Source of the DNA: Pasteurella multocida
GTDB taxonomy: Bacteria > Pseudomonadota > Gammaproteobacteria > Enterobacterales > Pasteurellaceae
Direction of reading: 5' to 3'
Length of the DNA: 32,000 bases
NCBI RefSeq assembly: GCF_900187275.1
Contig: NZ_LT906458.1
Location: forward strand, 1,950,001-1,982,000
In this document: one piece after another, positions 19,994-27,325 of the stretch
Layout of the letters: each line of letters begins with the position of its first letter
Numbering within the stretch: the stretch's first letter is position 1
Position numbers and translations under genes: made by a program
Notes under the pieces: model-generated
What the model saw: only the letters and a program-made list of their open reading frames with translations
What the model was told of the DNA's origin: nothing
The model's database searches: none

Positions 19994-21298
19994 TCAGTGG
20001 TGGCTGAGAGAAAGATGTTTCGTTTCTTTGATTTGCATAACTGCAAAGAAAGAGATTAGGGCATTGAGCGCTAAATAAATGCCCACACCAATCAAACCAA
20101 CGTGCGCATTGATTTTCATTGCCACCATGGTCGCGACACTAGCGCCTAAAATGCCCGCGAGGTTATAGGCTAATGAGGCACCAGAGTAACGCACTTCCGT
20201 CGGAAACAGTTCGGGGAGTAATACGGCCATTGGACCAAAAGACATCCCCATAATGATAAAACCAACAGCTAAGAACATGAAAACGCTTGTTGCGCTTCCT
20301 TCGCTTAAAAAGAGGGGTAATGCCAGTCCAAAAAGGCAGGTGGCGAAACTGACCCACAGCATTAAGCGCCGGCGTCCGATTTTATCCGCATAAATGCCCG
20401 AGAAAACAATAGAAATGGCAAAGATCACCGAAGTAATTAATAAAAAAGCGGTGAAGGTTTTTGCTGGTAAACCTAATCCCATTGGATGCCCGGCGGGTGA
20501 TAATGTGGTTGGGCTTTTGGCATAAATTTGGGCAAAGGCAGCTAAGATATAAAACAGCACATAGCCTGCAGTTGCTAAAAATACTCCACTTAGGAAAGGT
20601 TTAAGATGTTGGCGAAACACCACACGAACCGGAAATGCATGCGTTTTGCCTTCTTTTTCGACTTGAAAAAATACCGCACTTTCGTGAATTTTCGCGCGCA
20701 CATACCAACCAATCGCAATTAATACCGCAGACGCAATAAAAGGTATTCGCCACGCCCATTCCACCAATGCCGCTTGTCCAAACAGTTGCCCAACCAGATA
20801 AAACGCAGCGTTGGCAAGTAATAAGCCAATCGGCGCACCGAGCTGTGGAAAAATACCATATCGTGCACGTTTTTCGGCGGGGGCATTCTCAATTGCCACT
20901 AAGGCCGCACCGCCCCATTCTCCTCCCAATCCAATACCTTGCCCAATTCGGCAAAGGCAAAGTAACACCGTCGCCCAAATTCCAATGCTTTGATATGTCG
21001 GCAGTAAGCCAATTGCTACTGTCGAAACGCCCATTAAGACCAGTGAGGCAATCAAGGTTTTTTTACGTCCAATTTTATCGCCAAAATGCCCAAATAATAA
21101 GGCGCCAATCGGGCGGGCAAAGAACGCCAATGCCAAGGTCGAAAGTGCCGCTAACTGATTGGAAACAGGATCATCGCCGTGGAAAAATTGTTGGTTAAAC
21201 ACCAAGACTGCTGCCATGGCATAAATGTAATTATCAAAATACTCAATGGCGGTTCCAACCATTGTGGCAAGGGCTACATTACGTGGATTATTGCGCAT
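19994..21298 (-). CDS. MFS metabolite:H+ symporter-family transporter, last gene of the thiMDE cluster (candidate thiazole/thiamine-precursor transporter)
   Basis: 434 aa with 12 hydrophobic segments and an MHS-family N-terminus (GTAIEYFDNYIY, GHFGDKIGRKK). The start ATG overlaps the thiE stop by 11 nt. From memory, comparative-genomics work on Pasteurellaceae proposed an MFS gene in this position (HI0418-like, called thiU) as a hydroxyethylthiazole transporter. This needs verification. Confidence 0.8.
   Translation of the reverse strand: MRNNPRNVALATMVGTAIEYFDNYIYAMAAVLVFNQQFFHGDDPVSNQLAALSTLALAFFARPIGALLFGHFGDKIGRKKTLIASLVLMGVSTVAIGLLPTYQSIGIWATVLLCLCRIGQGIGLGGEWGGAALVAIENAPAEKRARYGIFPQLGAPIGLLLANAAFYLVGQLFGQAALVEWAWRIPFIASAVLIAIGWYVRAKIHESAVFFQVEKEGKTHAFPVRVVFRQHLKPFLSGVFLATAGYVLFYILAAFAQIYAKSPTTLSPAGHPMGLGLPAKTFTAFLLITSVIFAISIVFSGIYADKIGRRRLMLWVSFATCLFGLALPLFLSEGSATSVFMFLAVGFIIMGMSFGPMAVLLPELFPTEVRYSGASLAYNLAGILGASVATMVAMKINAHVGLIGVGIYLALNALISFFAVMQIKETKHLSLSHH
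20673..20681 (-). repeat. USS core (ACCGCACTT)
   Basis: Exact 9-mer, inside the MFS gene. Confidence 0.9.
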
Positions 21299-21953
21299 TA
21301 CCCAGTAACTCCTTTACAGTTTTAGCAATATCGGCGGATTGTGTGATCGCGGAAATCACCGCTACGCCATTCGCGCCACGTTGGCGTAATTCCTCGGCAG
21401 TTTGTGCTGTCACACCGCCAATCGCCACGATTGGTTTGTCAATGCCGTGTGCCCGAATAGTTGACACAAAATCCACACCGACCACCGGTTTAGGATCTTC
21501 TTTTGATTGTGTGGGAAAAATAGGACCTGTACCAAAGTAATCAATCAACGGATTGGCTTGTGCTGCGATGCCTTGCTCAAGGGTATTGACGGAGGTGCCA
21601 ATAAAACAATGACTATGGCAAAGTGCGGCAACATCCGCCACCGCCATATCCGTCTGCCCCACATGAATTCCATCTGCGCCAATGTCAATGGCTAATTGCA
21701 CATCATCATTGACCACAAATGGCACCTGATATTGACGGCAGAGGTCGCGACATTGAATGGCTAATGCTTTGATTTTGTCGGGGTCTTGTAGGGCTTTTTT
21801 GCCTTTCTCACGGAATTGATAGCAAGTAATGCCACTTTGCAGCGCTTGTTGTAAAATGTTGAGTAAATTTTGGGCAGGATCACCGTCAAGATGTAAACAA
21901 TCTTGTGTACCAGCGATGAAATATAAGCGCATAAAGGCGTGGACTGGTTTCAT
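21288..21953 (-). CDS. thiE: thiamine-phosphate synthase
   Basis: 221 aa with YFIAGTQDC...CYQFREKG...VNDDVQLAIDIGADGIHVGQTD...GPIFPTQSK...VAIGGV. AAGGAG lies upstream of the ATG. Confidence 0.93.
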   Translation of the reverse strand: MKPVHAFMRLYFIAGTQDCLHLDGDPAQNLLNILQQALQSGITCYQFREKGKKALQDPDKIKALAIQCRDLCRQYQVPFVVNDDVQLAIDIGADGIHVGQTDMAVADVAALCHSHCFIGTSVNTLEQGIAAQANPLIDYFGTGPIFPTQSKEDPKPVVGVDFVSTIRAHGIDKPIVAIGGVTAQTAEELRQRGANGVAVISAITQSADIAKTVKELLGNAQ

Positions 21954-21962
21954 CTTTTCTCC

Positions 21963-22784
21963 TTAACGGCTTTTTTGATTACATTCAGCATAAGCCCAAT
22001 GGTTTGTCGGTCCATGACCATGACCGATATTGAGCGGATGACTAATCGCAGCGGTTATAAAGGCTTTCGCGGTTTTTACTGCATCCACCACTTGTGCTCC
22101 TTTGGCTAATTCCGCGGCAATACAGGCTGAGAAGGTACAACCTGTCCCGTGAGTATGGCGCGTGTTAAAGCGCGGACTGTCGAAATGCAAGATTTCTGTT
22201 GGGGTTAACAACCAATCACGACAGACATCACTTTGTGAGTTTTCACTATGTCCCCCCTTGATCACCGCATGGCGTACACCCATTGCGCGTAATTTTTCTG
22301 CTGCTTCACAGGCGGTGTTATCATCGACAATGTTGATGCCTGTGAGTGCTTCTGCTTCGGGTAAATTGGGTGTGATAACTTCAGCTTTTGGCACCAATAA
22401 GGTGCGCAATGCCTCTACAGCATCAGGTTCTAACAAGGCAGCACCGCCTTTGGCGTACATGACGGGATCCAATACCATTCTGCCAAAATCATATTTTTTG
22501 AGTGCGTGAGCGATACATTCGATAATCGCTGTATTGCCTAACATGCCGATTTTGAATGCATTCACTTGGTAATCGTCTGCAATGGCTTTTAATTGCCCTT
22601 CAATAATATTCAATGGCACCGGATGAATATCATATACACCAAGACTATTTTGCACGGGAATGGCAGTAATGGTGGTCATGCCAAAAACACGTTGCATCTG
22701 GAAAGTTTTTAAATCCGCTTGGAAACCTGCGCCACCACAATTATCTGAGCCAGCGATGGTTAAGGCGATAGGAATGTTACTCAT
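21963..22784 (-). CDS. thiD: hydroxymethylpyrimidine / phosphomethylpyrimidine kinase
   Basis: ThiD pattern [21 protein letters not shown]...[12 protein letters not shown]...[11 protein letters not shown]. The start is set at MSNIPIAL (ATG = complement of 22782-22784), which overlaps the thiM stop as ATGAGTAA. The 27 upstream codons in the track lie inside thiM. Confidence 0.93.
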   Translation of the reverse strand: MSNIPIALTIAGSDNCGGAGFQADLKTFQMQRVFGMTTITAIPVQNSLGVYDIHPVPLNIIEGQLKAIADDYQVNAFKIGMLGNTAIIECIAHALKKYDFGRMVLDPVMYAKGGAALLEPDAVEALRTLLVPKAEVITPNLPEAEALTGINIVDDNTACEAAEKLRAMGVRHAVIKGGHSENSQSDVCRDWLLTPTEILHFDSPRFNTRHTHGTGCTFSACIAAELAKGAQVVDAVKTAKAFITAAISHPLNIGHGHGPTNHWAYAECNQKSR

Positions 22785-23580
22785 AAGAAATCCTTGCATA
22801 TTGATTGATTGTTTCAAGTGAAAGGTGGGCAAGTTGATCCAGCAAGCCCACATAAAATTGTCCATGTTGTGTTGTTTTTAATCCTTGCGCAGCAAGTTCA
22901 CCAGCAATGGCATAGGCAGTGCAAGCTTCTAACATGGCATCAAAATACTGTTCAGGTTTCGCTACCGCTAAAAAGGCACCACACACCGCACTTAATAAGC
23001 AACCTGACGCGGTGATTTTTGGAAATAAGGGCGTACCATTATGGATTTGCGCATGGTGTTCGCCATCACTAAGATAATCAGTCGCGCCGCTTATCATGGC
23101 AATGCATTGGTATGTTTTTGCCACGATATGCGCAATCTGTGCTAAATCGGCTTCGCCCGATCCCGCGTCCACTCCTTTCGCTTGCCAATTCACCTCTGCG
23201 ATTGTCGCTAGCTCACCAGCATTACCACGAATGGCAGCAAATTTGACTTCTTTTAGTAGCCTTGCCACCGTTTGTTTGCGGAAGGTGATTGCGCCAACAC
23301 CAACCGGATCAAGCACCACGGGAATACCTACTTCATTGGCTGTTTTACCCGCTAAGACCATGGCATCGACTTCTTTGCCCATTAAGGTACCAATGTTGAT
23401 CACTAGCGCTTGGCTAAGACGAGGTACTTCGTGCATTTCTTCCATTGCCGCAGACATCAGCGGTGAGGCACCAATCGCTAACAGTCCGTTAGCGGAAAAA
23501 TTCGCCGCTACCACGTTAGTGATATTGTGGATAAGGGGATTTTGGGATCGGATTTGTTGTAAGTATGTTGTGTTTAGCAT
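22777..23580 (-). CDS. thiM: hydroxyethylthiazole kinase
   Basis: 267 aa with [30 protein letters not shown]...LDPVGVGA...IRGNAGE...[10 protein letters not shown]. It is collinear with E. coli ThiM. Confidence 0.93.
   Translation of the reverse strand: MLNTTYLQQIRSQNPLIHNITNVVAANFSANGLLAIGASPLMSAAMEEMHEVPRLSQALVINIGTLMGKEVDAMVLAGKTANEVGIPVVLDPVGVGAITFRKQTVARLLKEVKFAAIRGNAGELATIAEVNWQAKGVDAGSGEADLAQIAHIVAKTYQCIAMISGATDYLSDGEHHAQIHNGTPLFPKITASGCLLSAVCGAFLAVAKPEQYFDAMLEACTAYAIAGELAAQGLKTTQHGQFYVGLLDQLAHLSLETINQYARISYE
22985..22993 (-). repeat. USS core (ACCGCACTT)
   Basis: Exact 9-mer, inside thiM. Confidence 0.9.
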
Positions 23581-23641
23581 GTTGTTTGTTACTTTTGGGT
23601 TAGGTTTTTGTATTATTTATCGGCTTTCGCCCGATGGGCGA

Positions 23642-23715
23642 CCTTCTTTCTTTTGTTTGCCGAAAAGAAAGAAGGCAAAGAAAAAGGCACCCCCGATTAA
23701 GTTGCTGGACCTCAT
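23642..23715 (-). repeat. left arm of inverted repeat (74 nt) including a perfect 13-bp hairpin (23642-23654 / 23663-23675)
   Basis: The minus-strand reading ATGAGGTCCAGCAACTTAATCGGGGGTGCCTTTTTCTTTG-CCTTCTTTCTTTT-CGGCAAAC-AAAAGAAAGAAGG aligns with the plus strand of 23995-24063. Confidence 0.85.
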
Positions 23716-23860
23716 TTCACCCTCATTTTATTCATAGAATGTGAGCAGACTACGTACTACTACATTGGTGTCACTTTCCTAACAATCATGTTACCGTATG
23801 GGCAACGTACAGGTAGAAAGTGTCTTGTTACGTGTTTAATCAGAAACTTTCCAAAAATGC

Positions 23861-23869
23861 ACCGCACTT
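23861..23869 (-). repeat. USS core (ACCGCACTT)
   Basis: Exact 9-mer in the interior of the inverted-repeat-bounded element. Confidence 0.9.
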
Positions 23870-23994
23870 TCGATTATCTTTGGGTGAACCACTTCCCCGT
23901 GTAAGTTGCCCGAAGGGAAAAGACATTTTTAAGAAAATAACGTTGCGCAACGAAGTGAAGACAACTTATTTTCTGTTAAAAAAATGGCTTTGAC

Positions 23995-24063
23995 ATGAGG
24001 ACCAACAACTTAGTCGGGTCGCCTTTCTTTGCTTACTTTCTTTGGCGAAGCAAAGAAAGTAAG
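23995..24063 (+). repeat. right arm of inverted repeat (69 nt) including a perfect 13-bp hairpin (24032-24044 / 24051-24063)
   Basis: ATGAGGACCAACAACTTAGTCGGGTCGCCTTTCTTTG-CTTACTTTCTTTG-GCGAAG-CAAAGAAAGTAAG. The first 24 nt are 21/24 identical to the left arm, and the stem differs from the left arm only by three compensated base pairs. Confidence 0.85.
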
Positions 24064-24066
24064 AAA

Positions 24067-25014
24067 TCATTTAATCTCTACCGCATAATCGGATAATGGT
24101 TTCACCACTTTCGTCAACCCGTTCGCTTTCAGGAATTCTGCCATGCGCTCATAGCGGTGGCTATCTAACGCTCTTGGACGTAAAGCTAAACGGGGTAAAG
24201 TATCTGTCCACGCAAGACGGTTGAGATCATTGTTTAATTCTTTTTCCTTGTAAGCCACAAATGCCTCCCACGCGGCTTGCGGGTGATTTAAGGTATAGAT
24301 GGTGGCTTGCTCAAGTGCGGTTAAAAATTTGCTGATTTTCTCTGTCGGCATTGTATTTTTATTCGCAACCAAAATGAGCTCATCGTACACTGGGACGCCA
24401 TGTTCTTCCGGATAGAACGCCCGTCCCGGTTGTTTTTCTAATTTCATTTGGTTTAATTCAAAGTTACGGAAACCGCCGATTACAGCATCCACTTGACCAC
24501 TTATTAATGACGGTGAAAGTGACCAGTTAACGTTGACCATTTCGATATCTTTATCCGTTAAGTTTGCCGAACCTAACATCGCTTTTAATAAGGAATCTTC
24601 GAAACCACTGACGGAATAACCAATTTTTTTGCCTTTTAAATCGGCAAGGCTTTTAATTGCACTTTTTTCTAACACAATTAAGCTGTTAAGCGGCGTTGCC
24701 ACTAAGGTGCCAACACGGGTGAGTGGTAAATCTTCTGCCACTTGAATTTGTAACTGGGGTTGATAATCCACCGCTAAATCCGCTTTTCCTGCAGCCACTA
24801 ATTTAGGTGGTAGAGAGGGATCAGCAGGCTCTACAATTTCAACGTCTAACCCCTGTTGAGCAAAATAGCCTTTTTGTTGTGCTACGATAATTGCTGCATG
24901 GTCAGGGTTGACGAACCAATCAAGTAATAAGGTGAGTTTTTCTTTGGCGGATACCGACAGGCTTACTCCCATGGCAAATGCGACAGTAAGGGTTTTTTTC
25001 ACGAGTTTTTGCAT
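24067..25014 (-). CDS. thiY: ABC transporter substrate-binding protein, NMT1/THI5-like (pyrimidine-moiety / formylaminopyrimidine binding ThiY type)
   Basis: 315 aa with signal peptide MQKLVKKTLTVAFAMGVSLSVSA and the NMT1-like pattern LLLDWFVNPDHAAIIVAQQKGYF. It clusters with tenA and the thiX/thiZ-type permease and ATPase downstream of a TPP riboswitch. Confidence 0.82.
   Translation of the reverse strand: MQKLVKKTLTVAFAMGVSLSVSAKEKLTLLLDWFVNPDHAAIIVAQQKGYFAQQGLDVEIVEPADPSLPPKLVAAGKADLAVDYQPQLQIQVAEDLPLTRVGTLVATPLNSLIVLEKSAIKSLADLKGKKIGYSVSGFEDSLLKAMLGSANLTDKDIEMVNVNWSLSPSLISGQVDAVIGGFRNFELNQMKLEKQPGRAFYPEEHGVPVYDELILVANKNTMPTEKISKFLTALEQATIYTLNHPQAAWEAFVAYKEKELNNDLNRLAWTDTLPRLALRPRALDSHRYERMAEFLKANGLTKVVKPLSDYAVEIK
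24313..24321 (+). repeat. USS core (AAGTGCGGT)
   Basis: Exact 9-mer, inside thiY. Confidence 0.9.
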
Positions 25015-25036
25015 TTTTTGTCTCCTTTTTTATTTT

Positions 25037-25690
25037 TTAACTTAAATCCAATCCCATTTGCCAAAACGCTGATTCCATGCGTGTGGCGGTATTAAAAATC
25101 TGTTGTAATTTAGCAAGCTGTGCTTCAGAGCGATCCGCACAAAGTGCATCTAAGGTAGCGATTGCGTTTTGTGCTGCATTTTGGAATTCTTCGCCAGAAT
25201 AGGTATCAATCCATGCTTGGTAAGGGTTGTTTGCTGGGCTTTTGCCACTTTCTACAATATGCTTTGCAATCACGGCATAACCAATCGCACAAGGGGCTAG
25301 CGCGGTATAAAGTTCAGCTAAACCGCCCGTCATACCCGCATCTAAGACATAACGGGTGTAAGCCACACAAGCGGCAGATTCTTCCGTGCGAAATAAGGTG
25401 TTTTCATCAATACCCCAGCTTTCACAGTATTGAATGTGTAGCTGAATTTCATGTAACAGAGCACTAATGGCATCTTGTGCGGCTTTCATTTGTGCAAAGT
25501 TGTCTGCTTTGTAAATCCCTAAGGACAAAGCACGGTTATATTGAAATAAAAATAAATAATCTTGTTTTAAATAGTGCTGAAAACACGCTTTCGGCAAGGT
25601 ACCATCGGCTAACTGTTGCACAAAAGGGTGGTGGATATAATCCAGCCAATAGCGCCCTGAATTGTTGATAAGTTGTTGTGTTGTGGACAT
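25037..25690 (-). CDS. tenA: aminopyrimidine aminohydrolase / thiaminase II
   Basis: TenA/heme-oxygenase-like fold pattern (HPFVQQLADGTLPKACFQHYLKQDYLFL, APCAIGY, ESAFWQM). The start is set at MSTTQQLI (ATG = complement of 25688-25690) with AAGGA upstream. Confidence 0.88.
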   Translation of the reverse strand: MSTTQQLINNSGRYWLDYIHHPFVQQLADGTLPKACFQHYLKQDYLFLFQYNRALSLGIYKADNFAQMKAAQDAISALLHEIQLHIQYCESWGIDENTLFRTEESAACVAYTRYVLDAGMTGGLAELYTALAPCAIGYAVIAKHIVESGKSPANNPYQAWIDTYSGEEFQNAAQNAIATLDALCADRSEAQLAKLQQIFNTATRMESAFWQMGLDLS

Positions 25691-25727
25691 GGTTTTTCCT
25701 TTTCTTGCTAAAACGTTTTTCAAATTG

Positions 25728-25736
25728 ACCGCACTT
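25728..25736 (-). repeat. USS core (ACCGCACTT)
   Basis: Exact 9-mer in the thiX-tenA spacer. Confidence 0.9.
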
Positions 25737-25762
25737 TATCTGGCATCGCCATGATCTGTGTT

Positions 25763-26515
25763 TTATTTAATGTATTGCACCCAAGGTAGCCACTTCCTGA
25801 GGAAATAATCCACGCTGAAATACAAGACGAGGCTGATGACCATCAAAATTAATAAGGCAGAGAACATTAAATCCACCTGCATTCTGGCGTTAGCGTGTAA
25901 CATTAAATACCCTAATCCTTGTGAAGACCCCACCCATTCGCCGACAATCGCGCCAATCGGTGCCACAGAAACGGCAATACGTAAGCCAGAAGCAAAGGAA
26001 GGTAGCGCGGCGGGAAGGCGCACTTTAAATAACATTGCGCTTGCTGAAACCTGCATGGTTTTTGCCAATTCCAACCATTGCATCGAGGTGTTACGTAAGC
26101 CGTCGTAACAGGCAGCTGTCACGGGGAAATAAATGATCAAAATCGTCATCACAATTTTAGAGGCTAACCCATAGCCAAACCAAAGCACCAGCAAAGGCGC
26201 AATGGCGAACACTGGAATGGCTTGGGAAATGACTAACAGGGGTAATAATAATTTAGATAAATAATCAGATGCGCTGAGTAACAGTGCGGAGATAAGCCCC
26301 AAAGACAAGCCAAGGAATAAGCCTAAACCAATTTCAAGTAAGGTAATTTGGCTGTGTTGCCACAATAAATCATAGCGATTGTGTAATTGCGCAAGCACAT
26401 CATTCGGTGGTGGCAACATGTAGCGTGGAATGTCGAAAAAAAACACCGCACTTTGCCATAGCGCTAACAACATCAAGCTTAATAGCACAACATGGATAAG
26501 CGGCTTAATTTTCAT
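25763..26515 (-). CDS. thiX: ABC transporter permease (nitrate/sulfonate/taurine-type, ThiX)
   Basis: Six hydrophobic spans and a BPD-transporter EAA-like region (LAKTMQVSASAMLFKVRLPAALP). The start is probably MKIKPLI (26515), preceded by GAGGGG; the alternative start is 26527. It overlaps the thiZ stop. Confidence 0.82.
   Translation of the reverse strand: MKIKPLIHVVLLSLMLLALWQSAVFFFDIPRYMLPPPNDVLAQLHNRYDLLWQHSQITLLEIGLGLFLGLSLGLISALLLSASDYLSKLLLPLLVISQAIPVFAIAPLLVLWFGYGLASKIVMTILIIYFPVTAACYDGLRNTSMQWLELAKTMQVSASAMLFKVRLPAALPSFASGLRIAVSVAPIGAIVGEWVGSSQGLGYLMLHANARMQVDLMFSALLILMVISLVLYFSVDYFLRKWLPWVQYIK
26445..26453 (-). repeat. USS core (ACCGCACTT)
   Basis: Exact 9-mer, inside thiX. Confidence 0.9.
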
Positions 26516-27233
26516 GTTGCCCCTCAATCAGTTGTGCTAATAATTGTTCTTGTAATAGCCAAAGATCCTGTTGACCAAGTTGTCTTGGCGGCGCACTGCT
26601 AAGTTCGATAGGCTCAGACAAGCGAGCTGGTTGGTTTTTTAGTACATAAATCGTGTCGCTTAAACGGATCGCTTCTTGCGGATCATGGGTAATCAGCAAC
26701 ACCGTTTTATGCTTGAGTAGATCACAAGCCAGATCTTGTAATTGAATACGGGTGACGGCGTCCAATGCCGAAAAAGGTTCATCCATTAAAATGGTATTGG
26801 CGTCTTGCATTAACGTGCGCGCTAAGGCGACACGTTGACGCTGACCGCCAGAAAGCTGATAGCAAGATTTATGCCAGTGATTTGCCATTTTGACTGCGGT
26901 GAGCAGGGCTTTGGCTTTTTCCTCACTTTGTTTATTCTTTTTTCCTTGTAAGTGTAAATGCAATTGCACATTGTCAAGCACGGATAACCAAGGATAAAGC
27001 GCATCTTGTTGCGCCATATAGCTAATCTGTTGTGTGGGTGACAGTACAATTTCACCTTCCGTTATAGCGTGATTTTCTAATCCAGCAATGGCACGGACTA
27101 AAGTGGATTTTCCGATGCCTGATGCGCCTAATAGGGTAGTCCATTTCCCTTTAGGTAACACGAAATTAAAACCAGCAAAGAGAGGTTGCTGATTATAGCT
27201 TAGGCGTAAATCACGGATCTCAACGGCAGACAT
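26505..27233 (-). CDS. thiZ: ABC transporter ATP-binding protein (ThiZ type)
   Basis: 242 aa with Walker A GASGIGKST, signature LSGGQRQR and Walker B ILMDEPFSALD. It is the first gene after the TPP riboswitch. Confidence 0.88.
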   Translation of the reverse strand: MSAVEIRDLRLSYNQQPLFAGFNFVLPKGKWTTLLGASGIGKSTLVRAIAGLENHAITEGEIVLSPTQQISYMAQQDALYPWLSVLDNVQLHLHLQGKKNKQSEEKAKALLTAVKMANHWHKSCYQLSGGQRQRVALARTLMQDANTILMDEPFSALDAVTRIQLQDLACDLLKHKTVLLITHDPQEAIRLSDTIYVLKNQPARLSEPIELSSAPPRQLGQQDLWLLQEQLLAQLIEGQHEN

Positions 27234-27325
27234 GGGCAGAAACCAAGAGGTTAGCGCTTAGCGTTGAAAAAATGAAATGAGATCGGAATGAAGAATGAAA
27301 AAATATGATCGGATTATTGGCATAA

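Noticed and set aside
23096-23737. 213-aa plus-strand ORF running antisense through thiM into the spacer (ends ...FFCLPKRKKAKKKAPPIKLLDLISPSFYS)
   Set aside because: It is entirely antisense to the well-supported thiM gene, has a low-complexity Ala/Ser/Thr-rich composition typical of shadow ORFs, and has no RBS. Its Lys-rich tail is only the polypurine arm of the left hairpin.
23788-23904. 38-codon plus-strand ORF in the interior of the inverted-repeat element (MLPYGQRTGRKCLVTCLIRNFPKMHRTFDYLWVNHFPV), plus a 27-codon minus-strand ORF (MSFPFGQLTRGSGSPKDNRKCGAFLESF)
   Set aside because: Neither has a Shine-Dalgarno, a recognisable motif or a paralogue in the window. ORFs of this length are expected by chance in 279 bp of AT-rich DNA.
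23642-24063. Calling the inverted-repeat element a bona fide MITE or IS remnant
   Set aside because: I found no target-site duplication outside the arms, no transposase remnant inside and no second copy in this window. 'MITE-like' is kept only as one hypothesis in the findings.
23581-24066. Expected a complete second TPP riboswitch directly upstream of thiM
   Set aside because: I scanned both strands by eye. Only a GGGGGUGCC-like 5' fragment is present, and CUGAGA, ACCC, ACCUGAU and CGUAGGGA are absent. It is therefore recorded as a possible relic rather than as a riboswitch feature. A covariance-model search would be decisive.
27266-27313. Direct repeat GAAAAAAT..GATCGGA (27266-27286 and 27297-27313) between the TPP aptamer and thiZ, considered as a pair of riboswitch terminators
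   Set aside because: In RNA sense each copy ends in a U6 run, but I could not find a convincing preceding stem. The expression platform therefore remains undefined, and I did not annotate a terminator.
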